Shown here piece by piece: positions 19,731 through 30,757 of a stretch of 64,000 bases of DNA. The notes beneath the pieces are model-generated. The model saw nothing but the letters and a program-made list of their open reading frames with translations. It was not told where the DNA came from and did not search any database. Where the stretch lies: contig CAVOHZ010000010.1 of the NCBI GenBank assembly GCA_963695855.1, positions 640,001 to 704,000 of the forward strand. The letters are read 5' to 3'. Position 1 is the first letter of the stretch, and each line of letters opens with the position of its first letter. The position numbers and the translations under genes are program-made. The DNA is from an uncultured Nitrososphaerales archaeon. Its GTDB lineage: Archaea > Thermoproteota > Nitrososphaeria > Nitrososphaerales > Nitrososphaeraceae.

Positions 19731-21029
19731 TCAATCGAGTGTATTCACATTTGCTCCTAACCTTTTTAACTCGCTAATAAAAGCAGGATATGACACATCA
19801 ACAGATTCAGCGTCTGTTACGATAGATTTTTCGGTAAGAAGGGAGGCAATGGTAAACGCCATGAATAACCTATGATCATTATGAGAATCGAGTTTAGCAT
19901 TTTTTATTTTTTTTGTGGGTTGAATTGTTATTTCGGTCTGTTTTTCAGAGACATTTACTCCCAACTTTCTTAATTCAGAAACAATGTTAGATACTCTATC
20001 TGTCTCTTTTAATCTAGCGTGAGATATACCATATATCCTCATACGTGATTTTGCTTTTAGAGAAAGGATAGAAACAACCGGCAAGAGATCTGGTGTGTTT
20101 GTTAAATCACATTCGATTCCATCTAATTCATTTGAACCACAGACCACTAAGTTTCCCTTTTCTTTATCTACTATGATATTTCCACCCATTTTTTCAACTA
20201 CATCAATAATTTTTTCATCGCCTTGAGTCAATCCAAAATTTAAACCCTGAATGATAATTTTTTTTCCACACAATATACCTGCCGCGATTAGAAGAGATGC
20301 TGATGAAAAATCTCCAGGTACTGTAAAACTAGTACTTTTGTAATTAGTTTTGGGTATTATATATTTTGAATAGCTAGAATCATATTCTATTTTAACTCCA
20401 AATTTTCTCATTGTTTCTATAGTTGAGTCAATATAAGGGGCAGAGACTTGCTTGCCCTCAATTTTTAACGTTACTTCGGATTTAGCATAAATACATGAAA
20501 TTAATAATGAGGAGATAAATTGACTAGAAATTTTACCATTGATAATGACGGTCCCTCCCTGTATACCTCCACCTTTGATGACTAGAGGGGGAGTTCCGAG
20601 ATTATTAGTTGCAAAACATTCAACTCCAAGTTGATTCAAGGCAGAAATTAATGGCCTCATAGGTCTTTTTCTTAGGCTCTCATCTCCCGTTAATACTGTA
20701 TAGCCATTTTTTACTAGCGCACACATAGAAGCTAATATTCTAATAGTTGTTCCTGAATTTTCTGTATTGATTACATCCTTTGGTACATCGAATTCATGTT
20801 GTCCACGAATAGATATTGAATTAATTTTGTCGGACTGTTCAATTTCCACTCCAAGCATTTTGCAACCATGAATAGTTGCTAGTGTATCTCTACTTACTAA
20901 AGGATTTTTTATAATAGATTTGTTATCTGCTAATGAAGCTATCGCAATGGCTCTATGAGTATAACTTTTACTAGATGGGCATTTTATTTTACCATTAAGA
21001 ATTGATCTTTCTACTTTAATATTAACCAA
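19731..21029 (-). CDS. aroA: EPSP synthase
   Basis: SKSYTHRA, NSGTTIR, SSQFISSLL, KETDR, DHRLFMA. Confidence 0.96.
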   Translation of the reverse strand: MVNIKVERSILNGKIKCPSSKSYTHRAIAIASLADNKSIIKNPLVSRDTLATIHGCKMLGVEIEQSDKINSISIRGQHEFDVPKDVINTENSGTTIRILASMCALVKNGYTVLTGDESLRKRPMRPLISALNQLGVECFATNNLGTPPLVIKGGGIQGGTVIINGKISSQFISSLLISCIYAKSEVTLKIEGKQVSAPYIDSTIETMRKFGVKIEYDSSYSKYIIPKTNYKSTSFTVPGDFSSASLLIAAGILCGKKIIIQGLNFGLTQGDEKIIDVVEKMGGNIIVDKEKGNLVVCGSNELDGIECDLTNTPDLLPVVSILSLKAKSRMRIYGISHARLKETDRVSNIVSELRKLGVNVSEKQTEITIQPTKKIKNAKLDSHNDHRLFMAFTIASLLTEKSIVTDAESVDVSYPAFISELKRLGANVNTLD

Positions 21030-21876
21030 ATATTTTTTCTACCGTTGCTTTTCTATTATTAACTTTACAAATGAAAGTTCTTCCATATCTTTCTAGATTG
21101 GCTTTCACATTATCAATATTTTTTTCTTTAACAATGGCGGCGACAGAGGGACCATTCCCTGAAATAGAAGCAGATAAAGCCCCACTTTCAATAGATGTAA
21201 TTATCGGTTCATAATCATATGACATGATTGAGGATACTAATGCTCCATTTAACTTCATTGCTGTCCAATAGTCAAATTGCTCTGCTAACTCAAATGCTTT
21301 GTTGAAAAGATCTGGGAAAGATTTTAATTTTAAAACATTTTTTCTGTGTACGTTATTTGGGATCAATATAACAACTGAAAGTTCCTCTGGACCATTTTCC
21401 CTACGTATTAAAGTATTAGAATAATTATCAGTCAAAACAATCCCTCCAAAGTAACAAGCAGTAGAATCATCGAAAGCTCCGGTCATTGTTACCTTCGCCA
21501 AACGACATGACTCAACAGCAGTGTTTAGTATCTTAAGGTCATTTAACTCATCATTTAAAAGCCCATAACACGCCAAGGATACTGCGGAAGAAACAGCACT
21601 AGAACTTTTAAGACCGAATCCTATAGGTATTTCAGAATAAATTGACAAGTGTATATCATTGTCTTTTCTAATTTGTTTTGGTATTACTTTATCAATAATG
21701 TAAGTAAAAAGGTCGTTATTTCTTCTCTGGAATATTATTTTTCCTTCTCCTTTCATCAAACTAATTTTTGCAGTAGTTTTGAGGGAAATTCCTAAAGCAG
21801 AACCTTTTCCCGTTGCGATCGCATTTACGATGGAAATTGCGCCGTGAACTGTGGCCTGACAAGATAATGGAATCAT
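21022..21876 (-). CDS. aroK: Archaeal (GHMP-type) shikimate kinase
   Basis: GAISIVNAIATGKG, IPIGFGLKSSSA, TGAFDD, SGNGPS; start taken at MIPLSC, overlapping the aroE stop (ATGA). Confidence 0.93.
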   Translation of the reverse strand: MIPLSCQATVHGAISIVNAIATGKGSALGISLKTTAKISLMKGEGKIIFQRRNNDLFTYIIDKVIPKQIRKDNDIHLSIYSEIPIGFGLKSSSAVSSAVSLACYGLLNDELNDLKILNTAVESCRLAKVTMTGAFDDSTACYFGGIVLTDNYSNTLIRRENGPEELSVVILIPNNVHRKNVLKLKSFPDLFNKAFELAEQFDYWTAMKLNGALVSSIMSYDYEPIITSIESGALSASISGNGPSVAAIVKEKNIDNVKANLERYGRTFICKVNNRKATVEKIFG

Positions 21877-22718
21877 GGTGGTTCTCCAAAAACTCCTAGT
21901 AAGGATTTTTTCATGACATCCAGGGGAGCATCTAAACCAGTCCATATCTTGAATGCTTGGGAGCCTTGTTCCAACAGCATTTCATAGCCATATATTACAG
22001 TCGCACCGGCTTTTCTTGCATTTTTTATTAAACTAGTGTAAATAGGGCTGTAAACGATGTCATAAACAATGGTATTTTTACCGATATATTTTGAAGAGAC
22101 AGGACTTTCCTCATAATTTAGTCCCAAGGACGTAGCATTAATTATGAGATTAGAACCAGATGCTACATTTTGTAAGCTATCAAGTTCCTGAAAATCACAA
22201 TTCAACCCTAATTTATAAGCATGTTTTAAGAGTTTTAAGGCATTTAATTTTGAACGGTTAATAACAGTCACCCTCAATATCCCATTTTCTCGTGACAAAG
22301 CTGTAATGATGGCATAGGCGGCCCCCCCTGCCCCCAAAATTAACACTTTCATGCCATTAAATTTGATATTACGGTTATGAAGCGGTCTTACAAAACCGTA
22401 TACATCTGTGTTGTATCCTATGAATGTGCTACGAGTATTTTTAACCGTGTTTACAGCACCAGATTGAGAGGAGGATTCATCTAGTTCATCCATGTATTTT
22501 ATCATATCAATTTTATGTGGAATTGTGACATTAAATCCAGATATATCGATAGATCTTAAAGATTCGACGGCGCTTTTTAATTCAGATTTGGGAACTCGAT
22601 AAGAGATATAGGAACTATTGATCCCAAGCGCTTTAAAGGCTGAATTATGCATAATAGGAGATAGAGAGTGATCAATTGGATCACCTATTACACAATACAT
22701 TTTAAATTTAGAGGACAT
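21873..22718 (-). CDS. aroE: Shikimate dehydrogenase
   Basis: GDPIDHSLSP.MHN, NVTIPHK, GAVNT, GYNTD, GAGGAA. Confidence 0.95.
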   Translation of the reverse strand: MSSKFKMYCVIGDPIDHSLSPIMHNSAFKALGINSSYISYRVPKSELKSAVESLRSIDISGFNVTIPHKIDMIKYMDELDESSSQSGAVNTVKNTRSTFIGYNTDVYGFVRPLHNRNIKFNGMKVLILGAGGAAYAIITALSRENGILRVTVINRSKLNALKLLKHAYKLGLNCDFQELDSLQNVASGSNLIINATSLGLNYEESPVSSKYIGKNTIVYDIVYSPIYTSLIKNARKAGATVIYGYEMLLEQGSQAFKIWTGLDAPLDVMKKSLLGVFGEPP

Positions 22719-23400
22719 GACGTGAGAAATGTCTTTCGATCCTTTCATAAATTTGTCGCATCTCTTTTACTGAAAGTTGACCAGGAGCTATGGGTTTTTG
22801 CAATGAAGCATAAGAAAAAGGAGAATTTCCTACCAATGTGCATAAAATTCGAGATAGTATTCCTAAATCACCCATTGCAAAGGAAATTAATTTGATATCA
22901 GGATATTTATTATAAAGATCCAATAAACGAAGTGCATCGCGCGCGCTATTGGCCATTGTGACTATCTTGAGAATGTTACTATAAGATTTCATTTTTTCCA
23001 TTTTTGCTTCAAGTTCAGAGTCCGGAGGTGTGTATTCAAAATTGTGCCATGAAACCAACAAACGACTTGAATTATTATGTAAATATTCGTAAAGAGATGG
23101 ATTGCTATCCAATGTAGAAATCTCAACATCTATAAATAAAGGATGAGAATCAGAAAGAAACTTTATTAGATCAATTCTTTCCTTTTCGTTACCAGAAAAT
23201 TTTCCTTGTTCCTCATTTGAACGAATGGTAAATATCGATTTGGATTTAAAAGGATAAACTATTTTTATAGCTTTCGCAATTTCTGATTTATCTAAAAAAT
23301 CAAAACGGATTTCAAAAAAATCAGCCAAGTATGCTTTTTCGAGAAGATCTTTTAATTGCTGTAGCGAAGTTGCTGCTATTGAAACACATATTTTTGTCAA
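22708..23400 (-). CDS. aroD: Type I 3-dehydroquinate dehydratase
   Basis: EIRFD, FTIR...QG, SWHNF..TP, MG..G..SRI, APGQ. Confidence 0.93.
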   Translation of the reverse strand: MTKICVSIAATSLQQLKDLLEKAYLADFFEIRFDFLDKSEIAKAIKIVYPFKSKSIFTIRSNEEQGKFSGNEKERIDLIKFLSDSHPLFIDVEISTLDSNPSLYEYLHNNSSRLLVSWHNFEYTPPDSELEAKMEKMKSYSNILKIVTMANSARDALRLLDLYNKYPDIKLISFAMGDLGILSRILCTLVGNSPFSYASLQKPIAPGQLSVKEMRQIYERIERHFSRHVL

Positions 23401-23585
23401 TGATGATTTTCAATCATATTTCTTATTTAGAGATTTACTGGTTTTCGAAAATATTTCACTTTATCCAAGAAAGACCATTGCTAGAAAGACAGTAAAACCA
23501 ATGATTTCGTTCAAATATGTTGGATTATTAGAATAGGAAACTAAAAAAATTGGCTTTTTGTGAATCACAAATAATATAAATAAAA

Positions 23586-24452
23586 CTATATGTTATGGTG
23601 TGAACGAACCTTTTTCCAATTGGCTATCAATGCTTCTGATCTAATATGTATAGGTTCACTCAAGCGTGAGCGAGCTAACTTGACGTAGTCATTTATAATA
23701 TCTACTCCAATAAAGTGACGTTGTAAATGAAAGGCTACTTTTGTGGTCTGACCGCTTCCGTTAAATGGATCCAAAATTAGATCCCCTTCATAAGAATATA
23801 ATTTCATGAGCCTATAGGGAATTTCTTCTGGAAAAGGACATGGGTGGTCTATATATCCTGGGGGGATAGGTGCGATATGCCATACAGAATTAGCTATCTC
23901 CTTTGTCCATTCTTCATGAGTTGCAGGTAGAGTTTCCTTCCTTTCTGTTCTTCCACTATTCACGTTACCCTTACGAAGGACTAAAATAAATTCATGCATT
24001 ATGTTTGCCCTATAATATTTTGGATAAGGATTGATTACAAACGATCCATAACGGTTAGTACCTCCAGTAACTTTATGCCAAATAATTTCTTCATGGAGAT
24101 TCCACTTACCAAATGGCTCAACTAGCTGAGACAAAACCATATGAGGAAGGGCTAACAGAGTGCCATTTACTACTTCATTAGCTATTACTATACAACAATA
24201 ACCACCTTCTTTAGTGCCATTAAAAATTTTATCATTAAAAAGAGATATCATTTCTTTTAGATATTCTTGAGTATCTATGGTGCTTTTTCCTCTATAGTAT
24301 GAACCATTTTTTGAAGCATGGGCGTTATAATCTATGGCATTCCTATACGGTGGCGAAGTAATAGTTAATTGTACTGAATTAGAAGGAAGTTTAGATATAA
24401 TTTCCTTACAATCTCCTGATAAAATTTTATCGACATAATTCTTAATACGCAT
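23586..24452 (-). CDS. Solitary beta-class N4-cytosine/N6-adenine DNA methyltransferase
   Basis: TSPPY (motif IV) N-terminal; HPCPFP and LDPFNGSGQT (motif I) C-terminal. Confidence 0.92.
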   Translation of the reverse strand: MRIKNYVDKILSGDCKEIISKLPSNSVQLTITSPPYRNAIDYNAHASKNGSYYRGKSTIDTQEYLKEMISLFNDKIFNGTKEGGYCCIVIANEVVNGTLLALPHMVLSQLVEPFGKWNLHEEIIWHKVTGGTNRYGSFVINPYPKYYRANIMHEFILVLRKGNVNSGRTERKETLPATHEEWTKEIANSVWHIAPIPPGYIDHPCPFPEEIPYRLMKLYSYEGDLILDPFNGSGQTTKVAFHLQRHFIGVDIINDYVKLARSRLSEPIHIRSEALIANWKKVRSHHNI

Positions 24453-24617
24453 AATAAAAAATGTAATTACCCTCAATATTCAGAATACTTTAAAATTATC
24501 GACCAGAAGATTAATAATTTTTATCTTTAAATCCAGATGTTCTTTTATTATAAAGGGAATCATTCCTAATATTATCACTATCCAATAAAAAGATAATTTT
24601 GTTAAACAATAAATAAA

Positions 24618-25688
24618 CTATTTTTCTAATATGAATTCATCCACTTCCATGCCAAAATGTCTACCGGTTGCTTGCTTTAAGAAACCCAATACTTTGTCAC
24701 CTTTCTTAACAGAAGTCACTGGAAGCAGATCGCCATTTTCACGTATAAATTGAATAGTTTCTGCATTTTGTACAATAACAGTACCTTCTATACCATCAGC
24801 ATTAGCTTTAATTAATTTTAATGGTCTTGTTTCTATTTTACATCTACCTACAGATACTACCCTCGAATTACCTTCTCTATTAACTATAAGAATTTCCGTG
24901 CCCGATTCTAATTCAGAGAGATATTTAGTTGTGCCGTTTGGAAGAACCGTATAACAATATACTGCGCCGGCATTTACTCTGAAAGGTCGTGGTGATGTAA
25001 ATGATGATCCTGAGGATTCATTATGTAATAGGAACATAAAGTTTGACTTACTACCAACTAACATTCCTTCTCCCTTTTCTAGTATAGAAACAGTATCGAC
25101 ACAAACCCTCTCTCCAACTCCAACATCCTTAACTTCGATGATTTCACATGACTTTATAGCAACGTTCTTCTTTTCCAGGTATCTTTTAGATTCCTTTATT
25201 TCCTCCAAATTTCCAGTTGAGAGTATAACCCCATCTACCCCCAATTCCAATACAGAAAACATTGTCCTTACTTCATCAGAATTTTTTGCCATAGTGATTA
25301 TCTTGGTGTTTGTATTTTGAAGATTTGCTATAATATTTTCTAATGGAATGATCTTCCAATCAGCTGTGTCAATGATAACATAATTCGCACCCAATGATTC
25401 TGCAGTCTGAATATCTACGATATCATTATTGGAAAGAACTTTCTTATAGTATGCTAGAAATTTACCTGACTCTTTATTCCTTTGCAAGAGAGCATGCGTT
25501 TGACATATTATAATATCAGCAGCGTTAGATTCATAAATCGTCTTAAAATTTTGACTTGGATTTAATAATGGATCGATATAGAACAAGTTTATACCATTCA
25601 TACTAATTATATCTTCTAGGAAGTTCTTAAGATCTGAATCATTTACTGTAGGTTTGATAATCAATTCTTTACCTTTTGTTTTTTCCAA
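24618..25688 (-). CDS. aroB': 3-dehydroquinate synthase II (archaeal aroB')
   Basis: WKIIPLEN, GERVCVDT, RPFRVNAG, QNAETI, RHFGM. Confidence 0.95.
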   Translation of the reverse strand: MEKTKGKELIIKPTVNDSDLKNFLEDIISMNGINLFYIDPLLNPSQNFKTIYESNAADIIICQTHALLQRNKESGKFLAYYKKVLSNNDIVDIQTAESLGANYVIIDTADWKIIPLENIIANLQNTNTKIITMAKNSDEVRTMFSVLELGVDGVILSTGNLEEIKESKRYLEKKNVAIKSCEIIEVKDVGVGERVCVDTVSILEKGEGMLVGSKSNFMFLLHNESSGSSFTSPRPFRVNAGAVYCYTVLPNGTTKYLSELESGTEILIVNREGNSRVVSVGRCKIETRPLKLIKANADGIEGTVIVQNAETIQFIRENGDLLPVTSVKKGDKVLGFLKQATGRHFGMEVDEFILEK

Positions 25689-26478
25689 GATTTCTTAATA
25701 CCTCTGTAGGATTTTTCTCTTTAATAATAATTTCATGTAATGCTCTAACTATTGATGGAGGATCTCTGTGCTGAAAAATATTTCTGCCAAAAGTTACACC
25801 CATTGCACCTGCTTTAATTGCACTTGAACACATTTCAAGAATGTCTAAATCAGTTTTTGCTTTTGGACCACCAGCAATCACCACAGGTACTGGACAACTT
25901 TTTATGACAGATTTAAATGAATCAAAGTCTCCCGTGTATACGGACTTGACTATATCAGCTCCTGCTTCTGCTCCTATTCTAGTAACATGAGCAACGACGT
26001 TTGGATCATAAGGGTTTTTTACGTTTTCACCTCTTGGGTACATCATAGCTAACAATGGAACATTCCACAATTGGCACTCATCTGAAATCATTCCAAGGAT
26101 TTCCAGCATTTCTGGTTCCTCCTTTGCACCTATGTTTATATGAACAGAGACCGCATCAGAACCTAAACGTATCGCCTCTTCAACACTTCCCATCAAAACT
26201 TTCTTATTTGGAGAGGGACCTAAAGAAGTACTAGCCGAAAGATGGGTAATTAAACCGATATTTACAGGTCTTGCCATGGATTTGAGGATTCCTTTATTAA
26301 TAATTACTGAAGTTATTCCAGAATTCTCACATTGGTAAATCATACGATGAGCATCTTCCAAACCCTCTATTGGGCCATCAGTTATTCCATGATCCATAGG
26401 AATACATAACATTTTTCCATCTTTTGTAATTCGGTTTATGCGAATGTCTCTTCCAGAGACCATAGGATTGAAGGACAT
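25669..26478 (-). CDS. aroA': 2-amino-3,7-dideoxy-D-threo-hept-6-ulosonate synthase (DhnA-type aldolase, aroA')
   Basis: PMDHG, MMYPRG, GADIVK, AGGPK, GRNIFQH; adjacent to aroB'. Confidence 0.92.
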   Translation of the reverse strand: MSFNPMVSGRDIRINRITKDGKMLCIPMDHGITDGPIEGLEDAHRMIYQCENSGITSVIINKGILKSMARPVNIGLITHLSASTSLGPSPNKKVLMGSVEEAIRLGSDAVSVHINIGAKEEPEMLEILGMISDECQLWNVPLLAMMYPRGENVKNPYDPNVVAHVTRIGAEAGADIVKSVYTGDFDSFKSVIKSCPVPVVIAGGPKAKTDLDILEMCSSAIKAGAMGVTFGRNIFQHRDPPSIVRALHEIIIKEKNPTEVLRNLGKNKR

Positions 26479-26574
26479 AATTGAGCTACTTAAAGTAATC
26501 TACTAATTTCTTAAATTAGAAAATCTTCAATATTAAGTATCTTTTAACACATTATAAAATAATTTAATGAACCA

Positions 26575-27357
26575 TTATTTTAATAAACAGATTTTTGGTA
26601 GATTTCTCTTATGATGTGTTTTTGAAATTAAATTCTGAATAAATAACAAATCTTCAATATCGAATCCTATTTCTGGTGGAAGATCATGATTGTACTTGTT
26701 TCTTGATATGTCCATCATGTTTTCTTTTTCAAGGAATTTCAAAATCTTATCGATTTTAGAATATTTCATTCCAATCTCTTCCTCTGCTGACTGACCTTTC
26801 CACAAAGCTGGACTACTTTTTTTATTTAGAATAGAAGACGGAATATTTAAATGACTTGCCAATTCACGCACTTCAGTTTTATAAAGATCGCCTAATGGAA
26901 GTATATCAGCTGCACCGTCACCAAACTTAGTAAAATATCCTATCCGTAGCTCACTTTTATCAGAAGAACCGATTACTAGTAAGTTATTCAGATTTGCATA
27001 ATAATAAATTAAATTCATACGAATTCGTGCCGCTAGATTTCCAATCGATAGTTGATTTTCTGGTAAAAGTTTAGTATAATTTTGTTTCAGATCAGTTATA
27101 TCTATTAAATGGTAACGTATATTTAGTATTCTTGATATAGATAAAGCATCTTCAATATCTTCTTGAGATGTAACATCTGTATCCGGAATAATTAAGCCTA
27201 TAATATCCTTAGTGTCTATAGATCTAGTCACTAAATAAACAGCAACACTGGAATCAATTCCTCCACTTAATCCTAAAACAACGCCCTTAGTATTTGAGCT
27301 TTTTACTTCTTCTTTAATAAATTGAGAAATTCTAATAACAATCTCTTCAAAGTCCAA
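26575..27357 (-). CDS. nadE: NH3-dependent NAD+ synthetase
   Basis: GLSGGIDS, NLAARIRM, GYFTKFGDG. Confidence 0.95.
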   Translation of the reverse strand: MDFEEIVIRISQFIKEEVKSSNTKGVVLGLSGGIDSSVAVYLVTRSIDTKDIIGLIIPDTDVTSQEDIEDALSISRILNIRYHLIDITDLKQNYTKLLPENQLSIGNLAARIRMNLIYYYANLNNLLVIGSSDKSELRIGYFTKFGDGAADILPLGDLYKTEVRELASHLNIPSSILNKKSSPALWKGQSAEEEIGMKYSKIDKILKFLEKENMMDISRNKYNHDLPPEIGFDIEDLLFIQNLISKTHHKRNLPKICLLK

Positions 27358-27561
27358 CGTTATTGAAATAGGAATAATGACATCATTATTAAACAGATCT
27401 AATTTTACTTAAATCTGTTTAAATGTAATAAAAAGAACCCTCTAACAAGAAATAAAGTATAATCAAAATCTCAATAACTTGAAATTAATAATTGAACCTC
27501 TTATCAACCGAAGGTAAAAATAAAAAATTTTAATTAGTAATAGAAAATAAGTATAATATCT

Positions 27562-28626
27562 TTGGCCAAGGCATTTATTAATTCGTATACTAAGGCAGGT
27601 GTGAACGTAAAAAAGATACGTTCGGCACAAGAAAACATAGGAAAAATGATTACAGAATCAAATTCTTACCAAAATATTGGGAAAATATTATTTGGATTTG
27701 GTCATTATTCTGGATTAATTAAACTTGGAAATAATGTAATAGCGCTCCATACCGATGGAGTAGGTACCAAAGTACTCATATGCCAAAAAATGAATTGTTT
27801 TGACACAATAGGAATAGATTGTATTGCAATGAATGTTAATGATATTATTTGTACAGGAGCTGAACCATTTGCATTTGTTGACTACATTGCACTAAAATCT
27901 GCAAACGAAAAATTAATCAAAAAACTACTAAAAGGATTAGTTAGCGGAGCTAAGGTTTCAAGAGTTGCGATCGTGGGGGGTGAAACTGCAGTAGTTCCAG
28001 AGTTATTATCTGGAGAATCAAAGGACGCATTTGACCTTGCTGGAACTGCTATAGGATTAACTGCTCCGGACAGATTAATTTTAGGCAATAAGATACGAAC
28101 TGGAGATGTGATATTAGGCATAGAAAGCAATGGATTACATTCAAATGGTTTTACACTGGCAAGGAAAGTATTATCAAAATATTCGATAGGTGATATTCCA
28201 AGATTTTTAACAAAACCAATTGGAGAAGAATTGCTTTCTCCAACTAGAATTTATGTTAGACCTATAATGGAATTGATAAGAGATAAAAATATATCTGTCC
28301 ACGGTCTTGCACACATAACAGGAGGATCCTTTACAAAATTAAAAAGATTAAATAACAAAGTAAGATTTAACCTTTCAAAACTTCCGAAGATTGATGGAAT
28401 TTTTAAACAGATTCAAAGTGATGGAAAAATTGATGTGAAAGAAATGTATAGAACTTTCAATATGGGGATAGGATTCTGTTTGATTATGCCCAAGAATTCT
28501 GTAGATAAGACGACAAGCATAGTTGAAAAACACAAGATGAGGGTATTTGATATTGGAGAAATCGATTCTAGTGGAATAGGTAATGTAGTTGGAAAGATAA
28601 ATGGAAAGAAATATATCTTCGCATAG
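27562..28626 (+). CDS. purM: Phosphoribosylformylglycinamidine cyclo-ligase (AIR synthetase)
   Basis: TDGVGTK, MNVND, GGETA, SNGLHSNG, HITGG, TFNMGIG. Confidence 0.96.
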   Translation: MAKAFINSYTKAGVNVKKIRSAQENIGKMITESNSYQNIGKILFGFGHYSGLIKLGNNVIALHTDGVGTKVLICQKMNCFDTIGIDCIAMNVNDIICTGAEPFAFVDYIALKSANEKLIKKLLKGLVSGAKVSRVAIVGGETAVVPELLSGESKDAFDLAGTAIGLTAPDRLILGNKIRTGDVILGIESNGLHSNGFTLARKVLSKYSIGDIPRFLTKPIGEELLSPTRIYVRPIMELIRDKNISVHGLAHITGGSFTKLKRLNNKVRFNLSKLPKIDGIFKQIQSDGKIDVKEMYRTFNMGIGFCLIMPKNSVDKTTSIVEKHKMRVFDIGEIDSSGIGNVVGKINGKKYIFA

Positions 28627-28743
28627 GTTTACGTTCCTAATAATTAAACACATTACATTAATCAACCACGCCAATTTATTCTTAAAAATCATAAAGATAT
28701 AGCTAAAAATATATAGATATATTATAACGGGTATTTGACAATA

Positions 28744-30351
28744 TCAAATATATTTTTCTATAATTTCACACGTCCTATCCAATCCCAAATCAACAAGATA
28801 ATTTCCTAGTTTGGGACCTCGATCGGAATTTATCAACATCCGATATAGTAACTTAAAGAAAACACGTGGTTCAATCGCATGCTTTTTTGATATCTCAAAA
28901 ATGATGGTTTGTATGTCATTTGACAGATTTTCGCTTTCTTTTCCGATTAAATTCTTAAATCTGTTAACTAATTCCATTACAGCATTCTTTTCTTTTTGTT
29001 CGATCGAAATTTCGAAAGCGTTTTCTGAAATCAAGTCATCAGCCCAATTTGAGGCAAGACTTATTTTATTTATTACATCGTCTGTTTTTTCTTCTACTAG
29101 TCCATATTTTTTAAGCCTTGAAAAGATATTATCAGATCGTCCTTCATCGCTAAAAAGAGATGCCTGCTGTACTAATATACTGTACGGAATATGTTTAAGA
29201 CTATTATAAGGAGGATTAAGCTTATTAACATATTCATAGATTCCTTTTAATTTAATCTTTTTAGAATTATTATTTTCCTTAATTTTGTCAAAATAAATAT
29301 CCTCATAATAATCATATTCGTCCATTAGTGTTGGAATATCATCTAATCCAATATGTCTAGTTCCTGAAATCCTCTTAAATAATAATAATAAAATAGACGC
29401 CGGCGTACCATATTTCAACCACGTTTGAGGAGTTAAAACATTACCAGCTGATTTACTAATTTTTTTACCTCCCTTATCCAAAAACATCTCATATTTTACG
29501 TGCAGTGGATGTGGAAAATTCAATAGGGAAGTAGATACCCAGTCATTTACCCGTACCGAATCCATAATATCCTTACCGTACGCCTCAAATCGTATATCCA
29601 ATGCTTTCCATCTTGCTGCAAATTCAACTTTCCAAGCTAGTTTTCCTTCGCCTTTAGAAATATCAGACTCTCCTTTATGCCCACATCCAGATATTTCTTT
29701 TGTTCCAATTTTACTACCAGAACAAGAATAAAGTACTTTGTGTTCATTGGACAAATATTTTTCAGCACGTGTAACATACAATCTCCCACAATTATCACAT
29801 ACTGGAAAATAAGGTAACACGTCAATATATTTATCTTGACCTACAAGATTGGATATTTTTTTTCCCAGTAGTTCATTGTTACTGAGAATACAATCAATTT
29901 CTCTAGAAAGAATACCACTTTTATACACATCTGAGGCGCTTTTATAATTAAATTTGATACCTACTTTATCTAGACTTTCTAAAAGAAGACTACTCATGTG
30001 TTCACCATATGACTTATGACAATTTCCAAACGGATCAGGAATTGTTGAAACTGGTTTTGCAATATAATCATGAAGCCAAAGTGGGAAACCGGTCGGAATC
30101 TTTCTTAATCCATCCATATCATCTGAATATGTTATTAATTCAGATTTAAAACCAAGATTGTTTAATGCCAAACCGATCCCGTAGGCACGTACTGCGTCAC
30201 CCATACTTCCAATATGGGGTATTCCGGATGCCCCAAGTCCACTTTCTACTTTTATTAGATCCAAACTTCTTCCCAATTTTTTTTCTCTAATAATTAGCGA
30301 TTTAGCTACCTTGTCTAACCACGTTCCTTTTCCTATAATTTTATCTTTCAT
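28744..30351 (-). CDS. lysS: Lysine-tRNA ligase, class I
   Basis: ASGIPHIG, KLAWKVEFAARW, KISKSAGN, GPKLG. Confidence 0.96.
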   Translation of the reverse strand: MKDKIIGKGTWLDKVAKSLIIREKKLGRSLDLIKVESGLGASGIPHIGSMGDAVRAYGIGLALNNLGFKSELITYSDDMDGLRKIPTGFPLWLHDYIAKPVSTIPDPFGNCHKSYGEHMSSLLLESLDKVGIKFNYKSASDVYKSGILSREIDCILSNNELLGKKISNLVGQDKYIDVLPYFPVCDNCGRLYVTRAEKYLSNEHKVLYSCSGSKIGTKEISGCGHKGESDISKGEGKLAWKVEFAARWKALDIRFEAYGKDIMDSVRVNDWVSTSLLNFPHPLHVKYEMFLDKGGKKISKSAGNVLTPQTWLKYGTPASILLLLFKRISGTRHIGLDDIPTLMDEYDYYEDIYFDKIKENNNSKKIKLKGIYEYVNKLNPPYNSLKHIPYSILVQQASLFSDEGRSDNIFSRLKKYGLVEEKTDDVINKISLASNWADDLISENAFEISIEQKEKNAVMELVNRFKNLIGKESENLSNDIQTIIFEISKKHAIEPRVFFKLLYRMLINSDRGPKLGNYLVDLGLDRTCEIIEKYI

Positions 30352-30757
30352 TTATAACGCCTCCATACAAAGTCTATGCGATATACAACATGCAAGTAAT
30401 TTTTATATTAACACTATAGTAATTATTTAAATTCTGCATTAATTTCATAGTATAGTAAAGAGTATAAAGTTGTTTTTCAAACTAATAGCACATCGTTAAG
30501 TTAAATTAAAAAGATCGATTGCTATTTATGTTCTATTCTAATTTATGGTAATAATTACATTTAAAAGAACCAGAAGTTTCACCGTCGTCTAAATGTATTC
30601 TATATGTTTATATTTTTTCAGATTTATCCCAAGGAAGTGCAAATTCGAGGAGTACATAACAATACATCGTTTAATTAACAAGTACGATAAAAAATGTGAT
30701 TATTTCTTTATTAGAAACTGTTTATTAAACTCTGTTAGTATAACAAATAGAAATAGT

